64,000 nt of DNA. Origin: Desulfobacterales bacterium (GTDB lineage: Bacteria > Desulfobacterota > Desulfobacteria > Desulfobacterales > UBA5616). How positions within the stretch are numbered: position 1 is the first letter of the stretch; each line of letters opens with the position of its first letter. Positions 28,951-39,400 of the stretch are shown here, piece by piece. The DNA lies in NCBI GenBank assembly GCA_046483495.1, contig JAWODC010000001.1, positions 64,001-128,000 on the forward strand, written 5' to 3'. Below the pieces are notes generated by a model. The model did no database searches, was not told where the DNA came from, and saw only the letters and a program-made list of their open reading frames with translations. Both the position numbers and the translations under genes were made by a program.

Positions 28951-30267
28951 TTATTCAATCCAATATTCCTCTTTAGGAAGATTCTGCTTGTCATAGCGCT
29001 TTACCAGATATCCAAAGAATCTTTCTACAGCCGCCATGTTGACGTTTATACCGTTTTCTCTGAGAGCGGCGACGATGTGATCGAGCCTCGGCGGACACCC
29101 TGGAATTTCAACTACTTCATTTAATCTTTTGTCATCCTTGTATGTATCAATTGGGCACTTCCCAAGCAAAAAGGTCTTTTTTGCAGTGCCGGACGGTGTT
29201 GCCCCCTTTGCCAACAATTCGATATCGTCGAAGGGCTTCCCTTCGTTTGCAGATAAAATCAACAACATGGTTGGTGGGAAAATATAGGTGCAACCTGTAC
29301 AGACCCCTATAGGAAAAGGCAAATCAAATCCTTCCAGGTTTTGTTTTATAAATGAGATGGGTTTTCTGCCGTCCTCACTGTAGGGTGTATCGATTTTTAT
29401 TTGGTGAACATGTTCTTCAAGCTTCAGGCCTTTGATCTGTATATCTTTGACATCCGTACTGCGGCCATGTATTTTGGAAAACTTCCTCAAGTGAAGTACA
29501 TCCGTAACGGGAACTCCCAGAAGACTGCTTCCAACCACATCAACCGAATACATGTCTTTGCCTGCTATGACAAGGTCTGCCCGATGAGCTGTCCCGGTAA
29601 ACATCGGCCCCGCCTCCAGCATGTAGGTTCCATCGATAATAGTGAGATTCGGGTAAAATCGTTCGGCTAAATGGAGGATGTATTCATCTACTGGGTGATC
29701 GGGGTTGTGGCAGGACTGCTTGCTTTTAACGCTCAGACTGCCTTTTAAATTTTTAAATCCAAGCGTCACGCGTGTCCCTTCATGCGTCTTTAAGGCAGGC
29801 AGATTGATGAGGTAATCGCATTCAAACATTGGTTGGGCAATTTTTAGTGTATGCGGACCCAGGGAAAGCTTTTGGTGCTTTTCAGTGTTGAAGTCCACCA
29901 GTTTTACACCATACTTTTTTTCAAAAGCATGATAATTGAGCCCGTCAAAAAGGTTTTGGGTTGTGGACCCGAAATCCTTGTTCTGTGCACATCCGTCACC
30001 AACCGTAATGTTTTTTACTCCTCTGTCCTTCAACAGCTTTACCACTTCCTCAACTACACTGCTCGTTGTAATGACTCCGTAAGGGGCATATGGAAATTTG
30101 TCCAACCATACAACCAGATTCGGCTTGACCAAAACCGACATGTTGGGGTCCAAATCGTTAAATCCATCGCATAACTCGAGCGCCTCTCGTACCCCCTGTT
30201 TGTTCTCTCCTAAAGAGCAGAGGGCAACAGGTGCATCTCTGTCCTGATTATGAATACCAGGCTTCAT
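28951..30267 (-). CDS. DUF362 domain Fe-S protein
   Basis: VLVKPN, LPALKTH, LGFKNLKG, IIDG, D..SVD plus C-terminal CTGC, GKC and GCPP; start refined to 30267. Confidence 0.8.
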   Translation of the reverse strand: MKPGIHNQDRDAPVALCSLGENKQGVREALELCDGFNDLDPNMSVLVKPNLVVWLDKFPYAPYGVITTSSVVEEVVKLLKDRGVKNITVGDGCAQNKDFGSTTQNLFDGLNYHAFEKKYGVKLVDFNTEKHQKLSLGPHTLKIAQPMFECDYLINLPALKTHEGTRVTLGFKNLKGSLSVKSKQSCHNPDHPVDEYILHLAERFYPNLTIIDGTYMLEAGPMFTGTAHRADLVIAGKDMYSVDVVGSSLLGVPVTDVLHLRKFSKIHGRSTDVKDIQIKGLKLEEHVHQIKIDTPYSEDGRKPISFIKQNLEGFDLPFPIGVCTGCTYIFPPTMLLILSANEGKPFDDIELLAKGATPSGTAKKTFLLGKCPIDTYKDDKRLNEVVEIPGCPPRLDHIVAALRENGINVNMAAVERFFGYLVKRYDKQNLPKEEYWIE

Positions 30268-30410
30268 AGTAATCCTCCTTTTCATATAATTACTGATTTG
30301 AAATCAGTCGCATTACCGAATACACCCACCCCATGCCAAGCTCATGAGTATTTGAGAAAATTTAGGATGATATAAAGATTAATATTTGCTGCACGACCGA
30401 TGAAAGGTAT

Positions 30411-31211
30411 TTATTTGCCGCGGAATTCCGGCTTTCTCTTCTCAAGAAAGGCCGTTGTGCCTTCTTTCGCATCATGTGTTTCGAAGGACTGGCAGAATTG
30501 GTTCAACTCCTTGTCGATTCCTTGATAAAGATCATGATCGTTTACCAGATTAACGCATTGTTTGGCCCATCTCACCATTAAACCACTCTTGGAGATGATC
30601 TTTTCGGCTAATCCGTAAACCTTTTGATCAAGTTCTTCCGGTTTAACAACCTCATTTACAAGTCCCAGTTCGAGGGCCTTTTGCGCGTTTATCGGGCCTC
30701 CGGTGAGAATCATTTCCATTGCTTTGCCTTTGCCAACAATTCTTGGAAGTCTCTGGCTTGCACCACTTCCGGTTATGATGCCCAGGTTGATTTCCGGCTG
30801 AGAAAAAGTAGCTCTTTCCGTACAAATCCTCATATCGCAGCCCAGAGCAATTTCGCTCCCCATACCCCATGCCATACCGTCAACCGCGGCTATTACGGGT
30901 TGATTAAGATTTTCAAGTAGCGTGGGACTGAAATGGTCCTTCAGCAGTTCTTTGACCTTTTGCCATCCACTTTCCCTTGCAATGTTACTCCATTTTTTCA
31001 GCATTTTAATATCTGCTCCCGCCATGAAATTGTCACCGCTTCCTTTTATTACGACCACTCGCAAAGAGTCATCACCTGCAATTTCGGAAAGGAGCTCCTT
31101 CAAGTCCGAAGACATGATTTCACTGTAAGCATTGAATACTTCGGGTCTGTTTAAAATAATAGTACCGATACCCTCCATTTTCTTGTAAAGAATGGTTCGA
31201 AATTCCATCAT
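30411..31211 (-). CDS. Enoyl-CoA hydratase
   Basis: NRPEVFNA, FMAGAD, GMGSEIALGCD, QPEINLG, FLEKRKPEF. Confidence 0.92.
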   Translation of the reverse strand: MMEFRTILYKKMEGIGTIILNRPEVFNAYSEIMSSDLKELLSEIAGDDSLRVVVIKGSGDNFMAGADIKMLKKWSNIARESGWQKVKELLKDHFSPTLLENLNQPVIAAVDGMAWGMGSEIALGCDMRICTERATFSQPEINLGIITGSGASQRLPRIVGKGKAMEMILTGGPINAQKALELGLVNEVVKPEELDQKVYGLAEKIISKSGLMVRWAKQCVNLVNDHDLYQGIDKELNQFCQSFETHDAKEGTTAFLEKRKPEFRGK

Positions 31212-31298
31212 CCGTTCTCCTTAAATCATTTCTATAATAATATCTTTCAATCATCCAATAAGGGCAAGGTTCTTTTTCATGTAAAATTTTGGTCACAT

Positions 31299-31706
31299 TT
31301 ACTGGAGGGCGACTTTTCCGATATTTTGCTTTATGTATTCAGCAACCTTTTCCCCCGGCAATCCGGGGGGAAAAACTTTGTGTATGCCTTTGCTTTCAAG
31401 TTCGCGGAAATCGCCGAGTGGAATAACGCCACCCATTATAAGCATGACATCCGTTTTTCCATATTTCTTCAACATCGGGACCAGATCTTCAGCTAATAGT
31501 AAATGGCCGCTGGTCATAATACTCAATCCAATAACATTTACATCTTCTTGAATCGCGGCATTAACAATATCGTCTGCTGTTCCAAACCTAAAGTATATGA
31601 CCTCCATTCCAGCGTCCCTGAGTTCTCTGGCAATAAGTTTCGTTCCTCTCCCGTGCACGTCAATTTTCTTTTTTGCCAAAAGTACCTTTATTTTCGGATC
31701 AACCAT
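31299..31706 (-). CDS. Cobalamin-binding small subunit of an acyl-CoA mutase
   Basis: DVHGRG (DxHxxG), LRDAGMEVIY, IGLS..GH, GGVIP, VFPPG; start refined to 31706. Confidence 0.92.
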   Translation of the reverse strand: MVDPKIKVLLAKKKIDVHGRGTKLIARELRDAGMEVIYFRFGTADDIVNAAIQEDVNVIGLSIMTSGHLLLAEDLVPMLKKYGKTDVMLIMGGVIPLGDFRELESKGIHKVFPPGLPGEKVAEYIKQNIGKVALQ

Positions 31707-31781
31707 ATTGTTTTCCTCATCTTGATTTCGGGTTGGGTTATTAGCACTTTTAGTGTCAAGCAACTAACTTTCTTTGATAAT

Positions 31782-33446
31782 TTAGCCGCATACGTACCAA
31801 CCAAAGGCTTCTCGCATGGGCACCATCATTTCTCCATTAGTCGCTCCTTTCCTTGCAGCTTCGACAAGGGCGGGCATTAGATCCGATTTTCCTTCTTTAA
31901 ACTCGTAACAGGTTTTTTTCAAATATTCAAGTGCCTTATCAACTTCCTGCTGGCTTCTTTTAGCCTTAAAGGCTTTTAGTTTCTCAATGGCTTTCCTTTC
32001 GATGTCCAAATCAACCTTGAATTGTTTATAGTCCATTTCTTCATCGGTCGTATACATATTAACGCCAACCACCGGCCAATCTCCTCTTTTGACGGCTTGC
32101 TTTCTTTTGTAAGACATATCGTCAATCGCTCTTTTAATCCAGCCGGCTTCCAGTCCCTTTAAATACCCGCCTTTGGATTCTAAATCGTCGTATATTTCCC
32201 AGGCTTCTTTTTCCATTGCATCTGTCAAAGACTCAACATAATATGACCCACCTAGTGGGTCTGCTACATTTCTAAGGCCGCTTTCCCACATCATAATCTG
32301 TTGCGTACGAATAGCCGTGCGATGTGAGATTTCGGTGGGGATGCTTATCGCCTCATCAAATGAGCAAGAATGGATGGACTGAACCCCCCCCATAATCGCC
32401 GCCATAACCTGCATTGTAATTCGAGCAGTATTATTAAGCGGCTGCTGCGCAGTGAGTACATTCCCGCTGGTGTGTATATGAACCCTGGCAAATCTGCTTT
32501 GCGGCTTTTCGCATCCTGCATTTTTTGTTATTTTTGCCCACATTCTTCTGTGAGCACGCAGTTTTGCAACTTCTTCGAAAAAGTCATTCTGAATACCTAC
32601 CTGAAAGCCAAGGCGACCAATAAAGCTGTCAGGGGAAAGGCCCGCCTTTTTTCCCGCTTCAATGACCGATTTTCCCCAGGAAAGTCCATAAGCAAGTTCT
32701 TGGAGCGGCGTAGCCCCTGCTTCCGACAGACCATACATGAATATGTTTGTCGTGTTCCAGGCAGGAATATTTTTTGTGCAAAATTTAATCAAATCTCCCA
32801 TTAAGGCATACCCCCATCCGGGTTCCCAGGACGGAATATCCTGTACCGCGACGCGCGGATACCAATTCATTGAATTGCCATGCAAATTGCTGATCGGTTC
32901 ACCTCGTCGTTCGGCGGCTGCACACGCAAGCGCCAGTGCAGGCAGGCAATTGTCTCCGGTTATGAAGGAAAAATTTGTTGTATTGAGATCCCAACCTCTC
33001 ATGATTTCATCGTAATCTTCTACAGAAGACAAAACACACCCACACTGTCCCACATTACCGCGAGCCTCAGGATGATCCGAATCGATGCCGTACATACAAG
33101 GGATGTCAAAAACTATGTTAAAAACCTTGTGACCGAAATATCCTTCCATGCCATCGGCCACCATTTTCTCCATTTTGGCCCTTGTTTCTTCACACGTTCC
33201 ATATCCGAAAACCATCTGCTGCATCCAGGGCGTCAATGCATATCCATCGGGGTAGAGCCCTCTCGTATATGGATATACCCCGGGCATTTCATATAAACTC
33301 AGGTTTTCAGTATCTTCCGGCGTGTAAACCGTTTTAATTTCTATTCCGGATAAATTCTTCCTTGGTTGTATTTTATCAACATACCTCGCCCTCAATTTTT
33401 CCCATGTTTCTTTTACTTCTTTATAACCCATATCGTCTTTATTCAT
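31782..33446 (-). CDS. B12-dependent acyl-CoA mutase large subunit (methylmalonyl-CoA mutase family), divergent specificity residues
   Basis: SGIEIKTVYTP, PGVYPYTRG, FD.P...G.DSD, EAGAT..QELAY, FFEEVAKLRA.RRMWA, LTAQQPLNN, ADPLGGSYYVE, VVGVN. Confidence 0.92.
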   Translation of the reverse strand: MNKDDMGYKEVKETWEKLRARYVDKIQPRKNLSGIEIKTVYTPEDTENLSLYEMPGVYPYTRGLYPDGYALTPWMQQMVFGYGTCEETRAKMEKMVADGMEGYFGHKVFNIVFDIPCMYGIDSDHPEARGNVGQCGCVLSSVEDYDEIMRGWDLNTTNFSFITGDNCLPALALACAAAERRGEPISNLHGNSMNWYPRVAVQDIPSWEPGWGYALMGDLIKFCTKNIPAWNTTNIFMYGLSEAGATPLQELAYGLSWGKSVIEAGKKAGLSPDSFIGRLGFQVGIQNDFFEEVAKLRAHRRMWAKITKNAGCEKPQSRFARVHIHTSGNVLTAQQPLNNTARITMQVMAAIMGGVQSIHSCSFDEAISIPTEISHRTAIRTQQIMMWESGLRNVADPLGGSYYVESLTDAMEKEAWEIYDDLESKGGYLKGLEAGWIKRAIDDMSYKRKQAVKRGDWPVVGVNMYTTDEEMDYKQFKVDLDIERKAIEKLKAFKAKRSQQEVDKALEYLKKTCYEFKEGKSDLMPALVEAARKGATNGEMMVPMREAFGWYVCG

Positions 33447-33668
33447 CAAATTACCTCCAGCTTTAAATAAGTTGCTGATGCTGAATTTATTTTTAAATGG
33501 GAAACACCCATGCTTCTTTCATTGCCTTGAAATGATACAATATAACTAATTTATCATGAGGGTTCTATATGTGTATTTTATTCAGGCCTTATTCCAAAGT
33601 TTTGCTTGAAAATAGTTTGGAACGAATATGAGGCCAAATTCAGCAGATTAACCTGGGATATTTGTGTG

Positions 33669-33711
33669 ACCGACCGGTTGGTATAATTGCTGATATTTTC
33701 TAACTTGTCAA
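33669..33711 (-). promoter_or_regulatory. Promoter of the mutase operon with operator ACCGACCGGTTGGT (33669-33682)
   Basis: Minus strand TTGACA (33706-33711), 17 bp, AATTAT, immediately followed by the palindrome. Confidence 0.65.
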
Positions 33712-34015
33712 CTCTAATTCGATTTTTTTTCATCATTTATATCGCAAAAAAATCATTACGCAAGATTTTGCATTTGAATGGTTTGGCAACAATGCGAACA
33801 AGGCCCAAACTTTGGATGGGATGATAACGGATAACATTCATAACGAAAATGAATCGGACACCGCTTTTTGAATATTTGGTATTCGCCGTTGTAATGGGTT
33901 GGGCCATTTTATGCTGGTTTTTGGGCCAATCATATTATATTTTAGATGAAATCAGGTCAAACTTTTTGATAATTTACCTATTTTATAGGTTCAATATCTC
34001 ATTTCGGGATTTTCA

Positions 34016-34029
34016 ATCGACTGGTCGAT
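34016..34029. promoter_or_regulatory. Operator-like palindrome ATCGACTGGTCGAT
   Basis: Same A.CGA-n4-TCG.T architecture; lies between the mutase operon and the second TetR. Confidence 0.45.
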
Positions 34030-34364
34030 CAGCATGTTTGATTTTTTTTCATTTTATCCGTTGAATTTCTTTAAAAATTATACTAATAATTCTTTTTTTA
34101 AAATTCATTGATTTTGTTTTCTGCGGCAAACAGTTCGGTTGCCGCTATAACAAGGCAATTTGCAGGCAATTTCCCAGCAGATAGGGTGTAAGTTCTCAAA
34201 GAAATATATGGGTTTCGTCTACAAGCAGATTTTCTCCCAAAAAAATTTTGTATTGCAGGTGCCCTGTCTGATCTTGGTTAATAATAATCAAAATCCAAAA
34301 TCAATCATCCAACTGTATTGTGGCCGACCGGATAAACGATACGTTTACTTAAAAAGGAGGTGAA

Positions 34365-34931
34365 ATGGCTTCAAGTTATGATAGAATAATTAAAGCGACC
34401 ATTGAGCTTATGAATAAAAAAGGTTACCATGGAACCTCAATACAAATGATCGCAGATAAAGCGAAAATTTCTAAGAGCACAATTATTCATCATTTTAACA
34501 ACAAAGAGGGAATACTTCTTGCGATCTTGGGTAAACATGTGCCTGATGCCGGAAAGCGACTTAAGGAAATAGTGGATAATAATGGAATGAAAGGAAGAGA
34601 TAAGCTAAAATTGTTTATGCAAAGTCATCTCGGCCAAATTGATAATTATGGGGATATCATGAATTTAAATCTGAGAGAAACGAGGTATTTTTCTTCTAAA
34701 AATAAAAAAATTTATAAAGAAATTCAACATGAATACGAGGACTTACTTAGAAAAATTGTGCTTCAAATTCAAAAGGAAGAAAAGCATCTGCTGCATGGTT
34801 TGGATCCTAAAATCATTACACTGGCGCTGTTGGGCATGTTAAATTCTATTCCACAATGGTATAAAAAAAAGGGCAAATTAGGTATCGATGAAATTGCCGA
34901 TCAGATATATCGAATGGTGACGTTCACATAA
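34365..34931 (+). CDS. TetR/AcrR family regulator, paralog of 15423-16001
   Basis: YDRIIKA, GYHGTSIQMIADKAKISKSTIIHHFNNKEGIL, LRETRY, LLGMLN..WY; AGGAGG RBS. Confidence 0.92.
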   Translation: MASSYDRIIKATIELMNKKGYHGTSIQMIADKAKISKSTIIHHFNNKEGILLAILGKHVPDAGKRLKEIVDNNGMKGRDKLKLFMQSHLGQIDNYGDIMNLNLRETRYFSSKNKKIYKEIQHEYEDLLRKIVLQIQKEEKHLLHGLDPKIITLALLGMLNSIPQWYKKKGKLGIDEIADQIYRMVTFT

Positions 34932-35310
34932 GAGGGTATTGCCGCGAAATATGCGACCAGAGGTTCGCTTGATTTTCGCCGTTCATTCCGCCTGATGGGT
35001 TGTGCGGGGATGGACAAAACCTAAAAAAAAATGACCCTTGCCGAACTCGTTTTCCAAAAAAGATCCAAACCCTGGAAAAGAAAGAAAACCTGTCAAACCA
35101 CTAAACCAGGATTCAATTACCCCTCCAAACAAATGCAGGGCAGACACCTTATAAAACCCAGGTGAAATTTTGCATTCAAACCTAATGGATATCATGGATA
35201 GATCACATCATGAACCATTCAGGCAAATGCGCTATTTGACGCATTATTATTATTGACCTTTTCAGGTTTTTCTATAATCTCTATATAATTAATTCGACAA
35301 GGAGCGAATT

Positions 35311-36426
35311 TTGAAGAAAACATCTTTTCTTATTTGCATTTCTTTGAGCTTGCTGGTTCTCTCGGTTCTCTCGTGCCTGAAAAAAGATGCCGATGAAACA
35401 TCGGTTCACCTTCCGTCGGTAGAACCCCTTCCGCCTGAAGTGGTCGTCTCTTCGGTAAAGCGGGGACCGATATATAAGACGTATACATCCATTGGAACCG
35501 TTACGCCCAAAGATTCCTCACGTATTTTTCCAAAAGTGGGTGGTCGCATATCGAAGGTATGTGTCGAAGAGGGCCATATCGTAAACAAGGGGGATCTGCT
35601 CATGCAGATCGACGCCTTCGATTACACGCGGGCCGTCGAAAATGCAACCGCCCTCAAAAATCAGGCGGCATCCAATCTTGAAAAAGCGAAGCGGGATTTT
35701 TCCCGAATTGAAAAACTTTACGCCGACAAGGCCGTACCGAAAAAAAACCTGCAGGATATGAAAACCGCCTTGGATTTGGCGGTCTATGCCTACGATCAGG
35801 CGGCCGTTTCATTGAAAAAAGCCGTTGATGATTTCGGAGAATGCGGCGTCAGGGCCCCGATTTCAGGCATGGTGACAGCCAAGTTGGTGAACCCGGGAGA
35901 ATTGATCGGCCCCCAAACGATGGCATTTAAAATCATGCAGATGGAGACGGTCGAGGTTGAAGTCGATCTGCCCGAAGAAGCTTTTGGCAATCTGTCGCTC
36001 GGCAACAAAGGATTTATCTCGTTTGACGCCGTTCCGGATAAATCCGTGACGGGAACGATCACCAAGATTCATCCCACAATCGATCCCGTCAGTCGAACCG
36101 TTAAAATCACCCTTTCCATAGACAATCCAAACCTGCTTATCCGGTCCGGCATGACGGCCCGCACCCGAATCGTACAGACGGCCGAGCAGGATGCGCTGTA
36201 TGCGGCCAGGGCGGCATTGATCCCGGTTGAAGACCGTTACATCGCATATCGGGTGCAGTCCGGACGGGTGGAAAGAATACTTTTGGATGTGGGCATTATC
36301 GGAGATGATGTATTCGAAATCAAAAACGGCGCCGTCGAAAACGATCTTTTCGTAGTCAGGGGGGTTACCGGACTGCGCAACGGCATGAAAGTCAAAATCG
36401 TTCACCAGGATACGGTCGAAAGATAA
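35311..36426 (+). CDS. RND efflux periplasmic adaptor (MFP), lipoprotein
   Basis: Lipobox VLSC, GGRI..V.VEEG..V.KGDLL, RAPISG.V, IDPVSRT, GMTA. Confidence 0.92.
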   Translation: MKKTSFLICISLSLLVLSVLSCLKKDADETSVHLPSVEPLPPEVVVSSVKRGPIYKTYTSIGTVTPKDSSRIFPKVGGRISKVCVEEGHIVNKGDLLMQIDAFDYTRAVENATALKNQAASNLEKAKRDFSRIEKLYADKAVPKKNLQDMKTALDLAVYAYDQAAVSLKKAVDDFGECGVRAPISGMVTAKLVNPGELIGPQTMAFKIMQMETVEVEVDLPEEAFGNLSLGNKGFISFDAVPDKSVTGTITKIHPTIDPVSRTVKITLSIDNPNLLIRSGMTARTRIVQTAEQDALYAARAALIPVEDRYIAYRVQSGRVERILLDVGIIGDDVFEIKNGAVENDLFVVRGVTGLRNGMKVKIVHQDTVER

Positions 36427-36439
36427 CGAGAACACCATC

Positions 36440-39400
36440 ATGTCAATCGCCCAATTTTCAGTAAGCCGGCGCACCACTGTGACGATGTTCATTCTGATCA
36501 TCACGCTGTTCGGATTGCTCTCTTTTTCCAACCTCGGCCTGGATATGCTGCCGGAACTCGAGTTTCCTTTTGTCTCCGTCGTCACCGGATACGAGGGAGT
36601 GGCGTCCGAAGAAATCGAGACGCTGCTGACCAAACCCATCGAGGAATCCGTGGGAATGGTAAAAGGCATCAAAAATATCACCTCGAGATCCTCGGAAGGC
36701 ATATCCAGTGTCTATATCGAGTTCGAGTGGGGGACGGACCTGGATGTCGCGGCCCAGGACGTTCGGGATTCATTGAGCTGGGTTGTCGATTACCTTCCGG
36801 ATGACTCGGATACACCGATGGTGCTGAAGTTCAACTCGTCAAGTATGCCCATCATGGAATACGGCGTGACGGGCATCGACGATACCATTCGGCTTCGGGA
36901 GTACCTGGACAAAACGGTGAAGCCCAGACTGGAGCGTCTGGACGGAATCGCCGCTGCATTCATCTTCGGCGGCAAAGAGCGTGAAATCCAGGTCCTGGCC
37001 GATCCAAACAAATTGAAAGCCACCGGGCTTTCTTTAAATGATCTCTCCCTTGCCGTTCAGTCCGGAAACCTGAACGTCTCCGGCGGACATATCCAAACCT
37101 TTCAGAAAGAATACCTCGTTCGAACGCAGGGCTACTTTGAAAGCGCCCGCCAGATTGAAAACACCGTCGTTTCAATTACAGACCAAAACAAACCGGTTTA
37201 CATAAAGGATGTCGCCATTGTTCACGACACCTTCAAGGAGAAGAAAGGATTCGAGAACACCAATCGCAATCCCGCCGTGTTGATCGACGTTTTCAAGCAG
37301 AGCGGTTTCAATACACTGGAAGCGGTGAACAATGTAAAGGCGGAACTCAAAAAGATGGAAAAAGATATTCCGTCCGAGTTGGAGTTTCGCCTGACATTCG
37401 ACCAGGGTAATTTCATCGAGCGTTCGATATCTTCAACAGGGGAAACAGCCCTTTGGGGCGGGCTTATCGCCTTAATCGTCGTTTTTATTTTCCTTCGCGC
37501 CGTCCGGCCTACAATAGCCATTGCCATCGCCATACCGCTCTCGGTTATCGCTACATTTATCGGCATGGAGGCACTCGACTATACCTTCAATATCATGACG
37601 CTGGGAGGCATCGCTTTAGGCGTGGGGCTGCTAGTGGATAATGCGGTTGTGGTGATTGAAAACACATTTCGACACCTCGAAAGCGGCAAGCCTCGGAATG
37701 AAGCCGCCGTCATCGGGACACATGAAGTCGGGCTTGCCATTACCGCCAGCACGTTTACCACCATGGCCGTTTTCCTGCCGCTAAGCCTCTCCCAGAGCAT
37801 TGCCGGCAAACTGGCCAGACCACTGTCCTTAACCGTCTGCATTTCTCTTTTGGCATCTTTGCTTGTCGCCGTCACCATCATTCCGGCCATCGCAGCGACC
37901 ATTTTCAAGCAGGAGAAAACAGATTACGGAAAAGCACGGCGAAGCGGGTGGGTTGGCGCCATTCAAAAGGGGTATACGGCCGTATTGAGACGCGTGTTGA
38001 AATTAAGATGGCCGGTATTATTCTCGGCGCTGGCCGTCCTTGTCGTCAGTGTATTCATGACGCCGCTTTTGGGAACGGAATTTATGCCAAGGGAAGACGT
38101 TCCCATCGGCAGGCTCAACATTACCCTGCCCGAAGGCAGCGTGCTGGAAGAAACGAAGCATATCTCCGATCAAATAGCAAGGATGTTCATGTCGAAGGAG
38201 GAGATCGAAACCTGTCTGAGCTTCGGCGGCATTACGGCCGGCGCCAAATTCCAGGCGGCCATGGGGGACAGACTGGATGCGGTCAACAACGCCACCATCT
38301 TTGCCAGATTCAAGGAAAGAGAAGATCGAAATCGCTCCACGGACGACGTCCTGAACGAGATACGGGAACAACTCCCCGACCTGGAAGGTGTCGATTATAA
38401 CTTTGTCGACATGGCGGGGTTCTTCTTCGGAACCGGAGACTCCCCCATCGAGATCAATCTTTACGGCCCCGATCTGGAGATACTCGACGATCTCAGTGTT
38501 GAATTGATGGACAGGCTTTCGCCAATAGAGGGACTCGAAGACATTGAAAGGTCCCTTAAAAAACGCCAACCGGAGTTTCACGTAATCGTGGACAGAGAAA
38601 AAGCGTCGAAAATGGGATTGAGCGTTCATCAGATTGCCGTGACAGTGGAAACGGCGGTTTTGGGCCGGGTGATCAGCAGATACCATGACGGGGGTGATGA
38701 GTATGATATCCGCGTCCGCCTGCAGGCACCCTACCGAAAAAGTTTTGAAAACCTTTTTGGATTGACCATCCAGTCACCCCTGGGGTTTACCGTACCCCTT
38801 TACCAGGTCACATCTCTTCAGCAGGAATTCGGTCCGTCAGCCATCAACCGTAAAAACCAGGATCGCGTAGTGACCATCACCGGCACCAATTTCAACAGGG
38901 ACCTCGGCGGCATCGTAGGGGAGATTCAATCCGTTTTAGGCTCTCTGACACTACCCGAACGGTTCTCATACGAAATCGCCGGAACATTCGAAGACATGCA
39001 GACGTCGTTCGAAGAATTGACCAAAGCTTTCATTGTGGCGGTAATCCTGATTTATATGATCATGGCGGCGCAATTCGAGTCTCTGACCCAGCCTTTGATC
39101 GTCATGTTTACCATGCCGCTTGCATACAGCGGAGTGGTGTTCGGGCTCTTATTGACAGGCAAAACATTGTCCGTGCCGGCATTTATGGGGCTGATCATTT
39201 TGATGGGCATTGTGGTGAATAACGGCATTGTCATGATCGATTATATCAACCGGTTGCGAAAAAACGGCATGGAAAAGTTCGACGCCATCGTCGAGGGGGC
39301 GTCCGTCCGCATCCGTCCGATTTTGATCACTTCTGTAACCACGATCTGCGGTGTGTTGCCAATGGCGTTTTCCGGTGGAGACGGATCGGCCATGCGCTCG

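Noticed and set aside
31741..31759. TTAGCACTTTTAGTGTCAA resembling a CIRCE element
   Set aside because: Spacer and right arm do not fit TTAGCACTC-N9-GAGTGCTAA, and it is not upstream of a chaperone gene.
33849..34363. Short ORFs 33849-34064 and 34160-34363
   Set aside because: AT-rich promoter DNA overlapping operator-like sites, with no convincing RBS or motifs.
33450..34364. Long leader upstream of the B12 mutase as a possible cobalamin riboswitch; hairpin GCGGCAA...TTGCCGC at 34123-34145
   Set aside because: No B12-box or AGGGAA/GCCACTG core is visible on the coding strand; the hairpin alone is not diagnostic. An Rfam scan would settle it.
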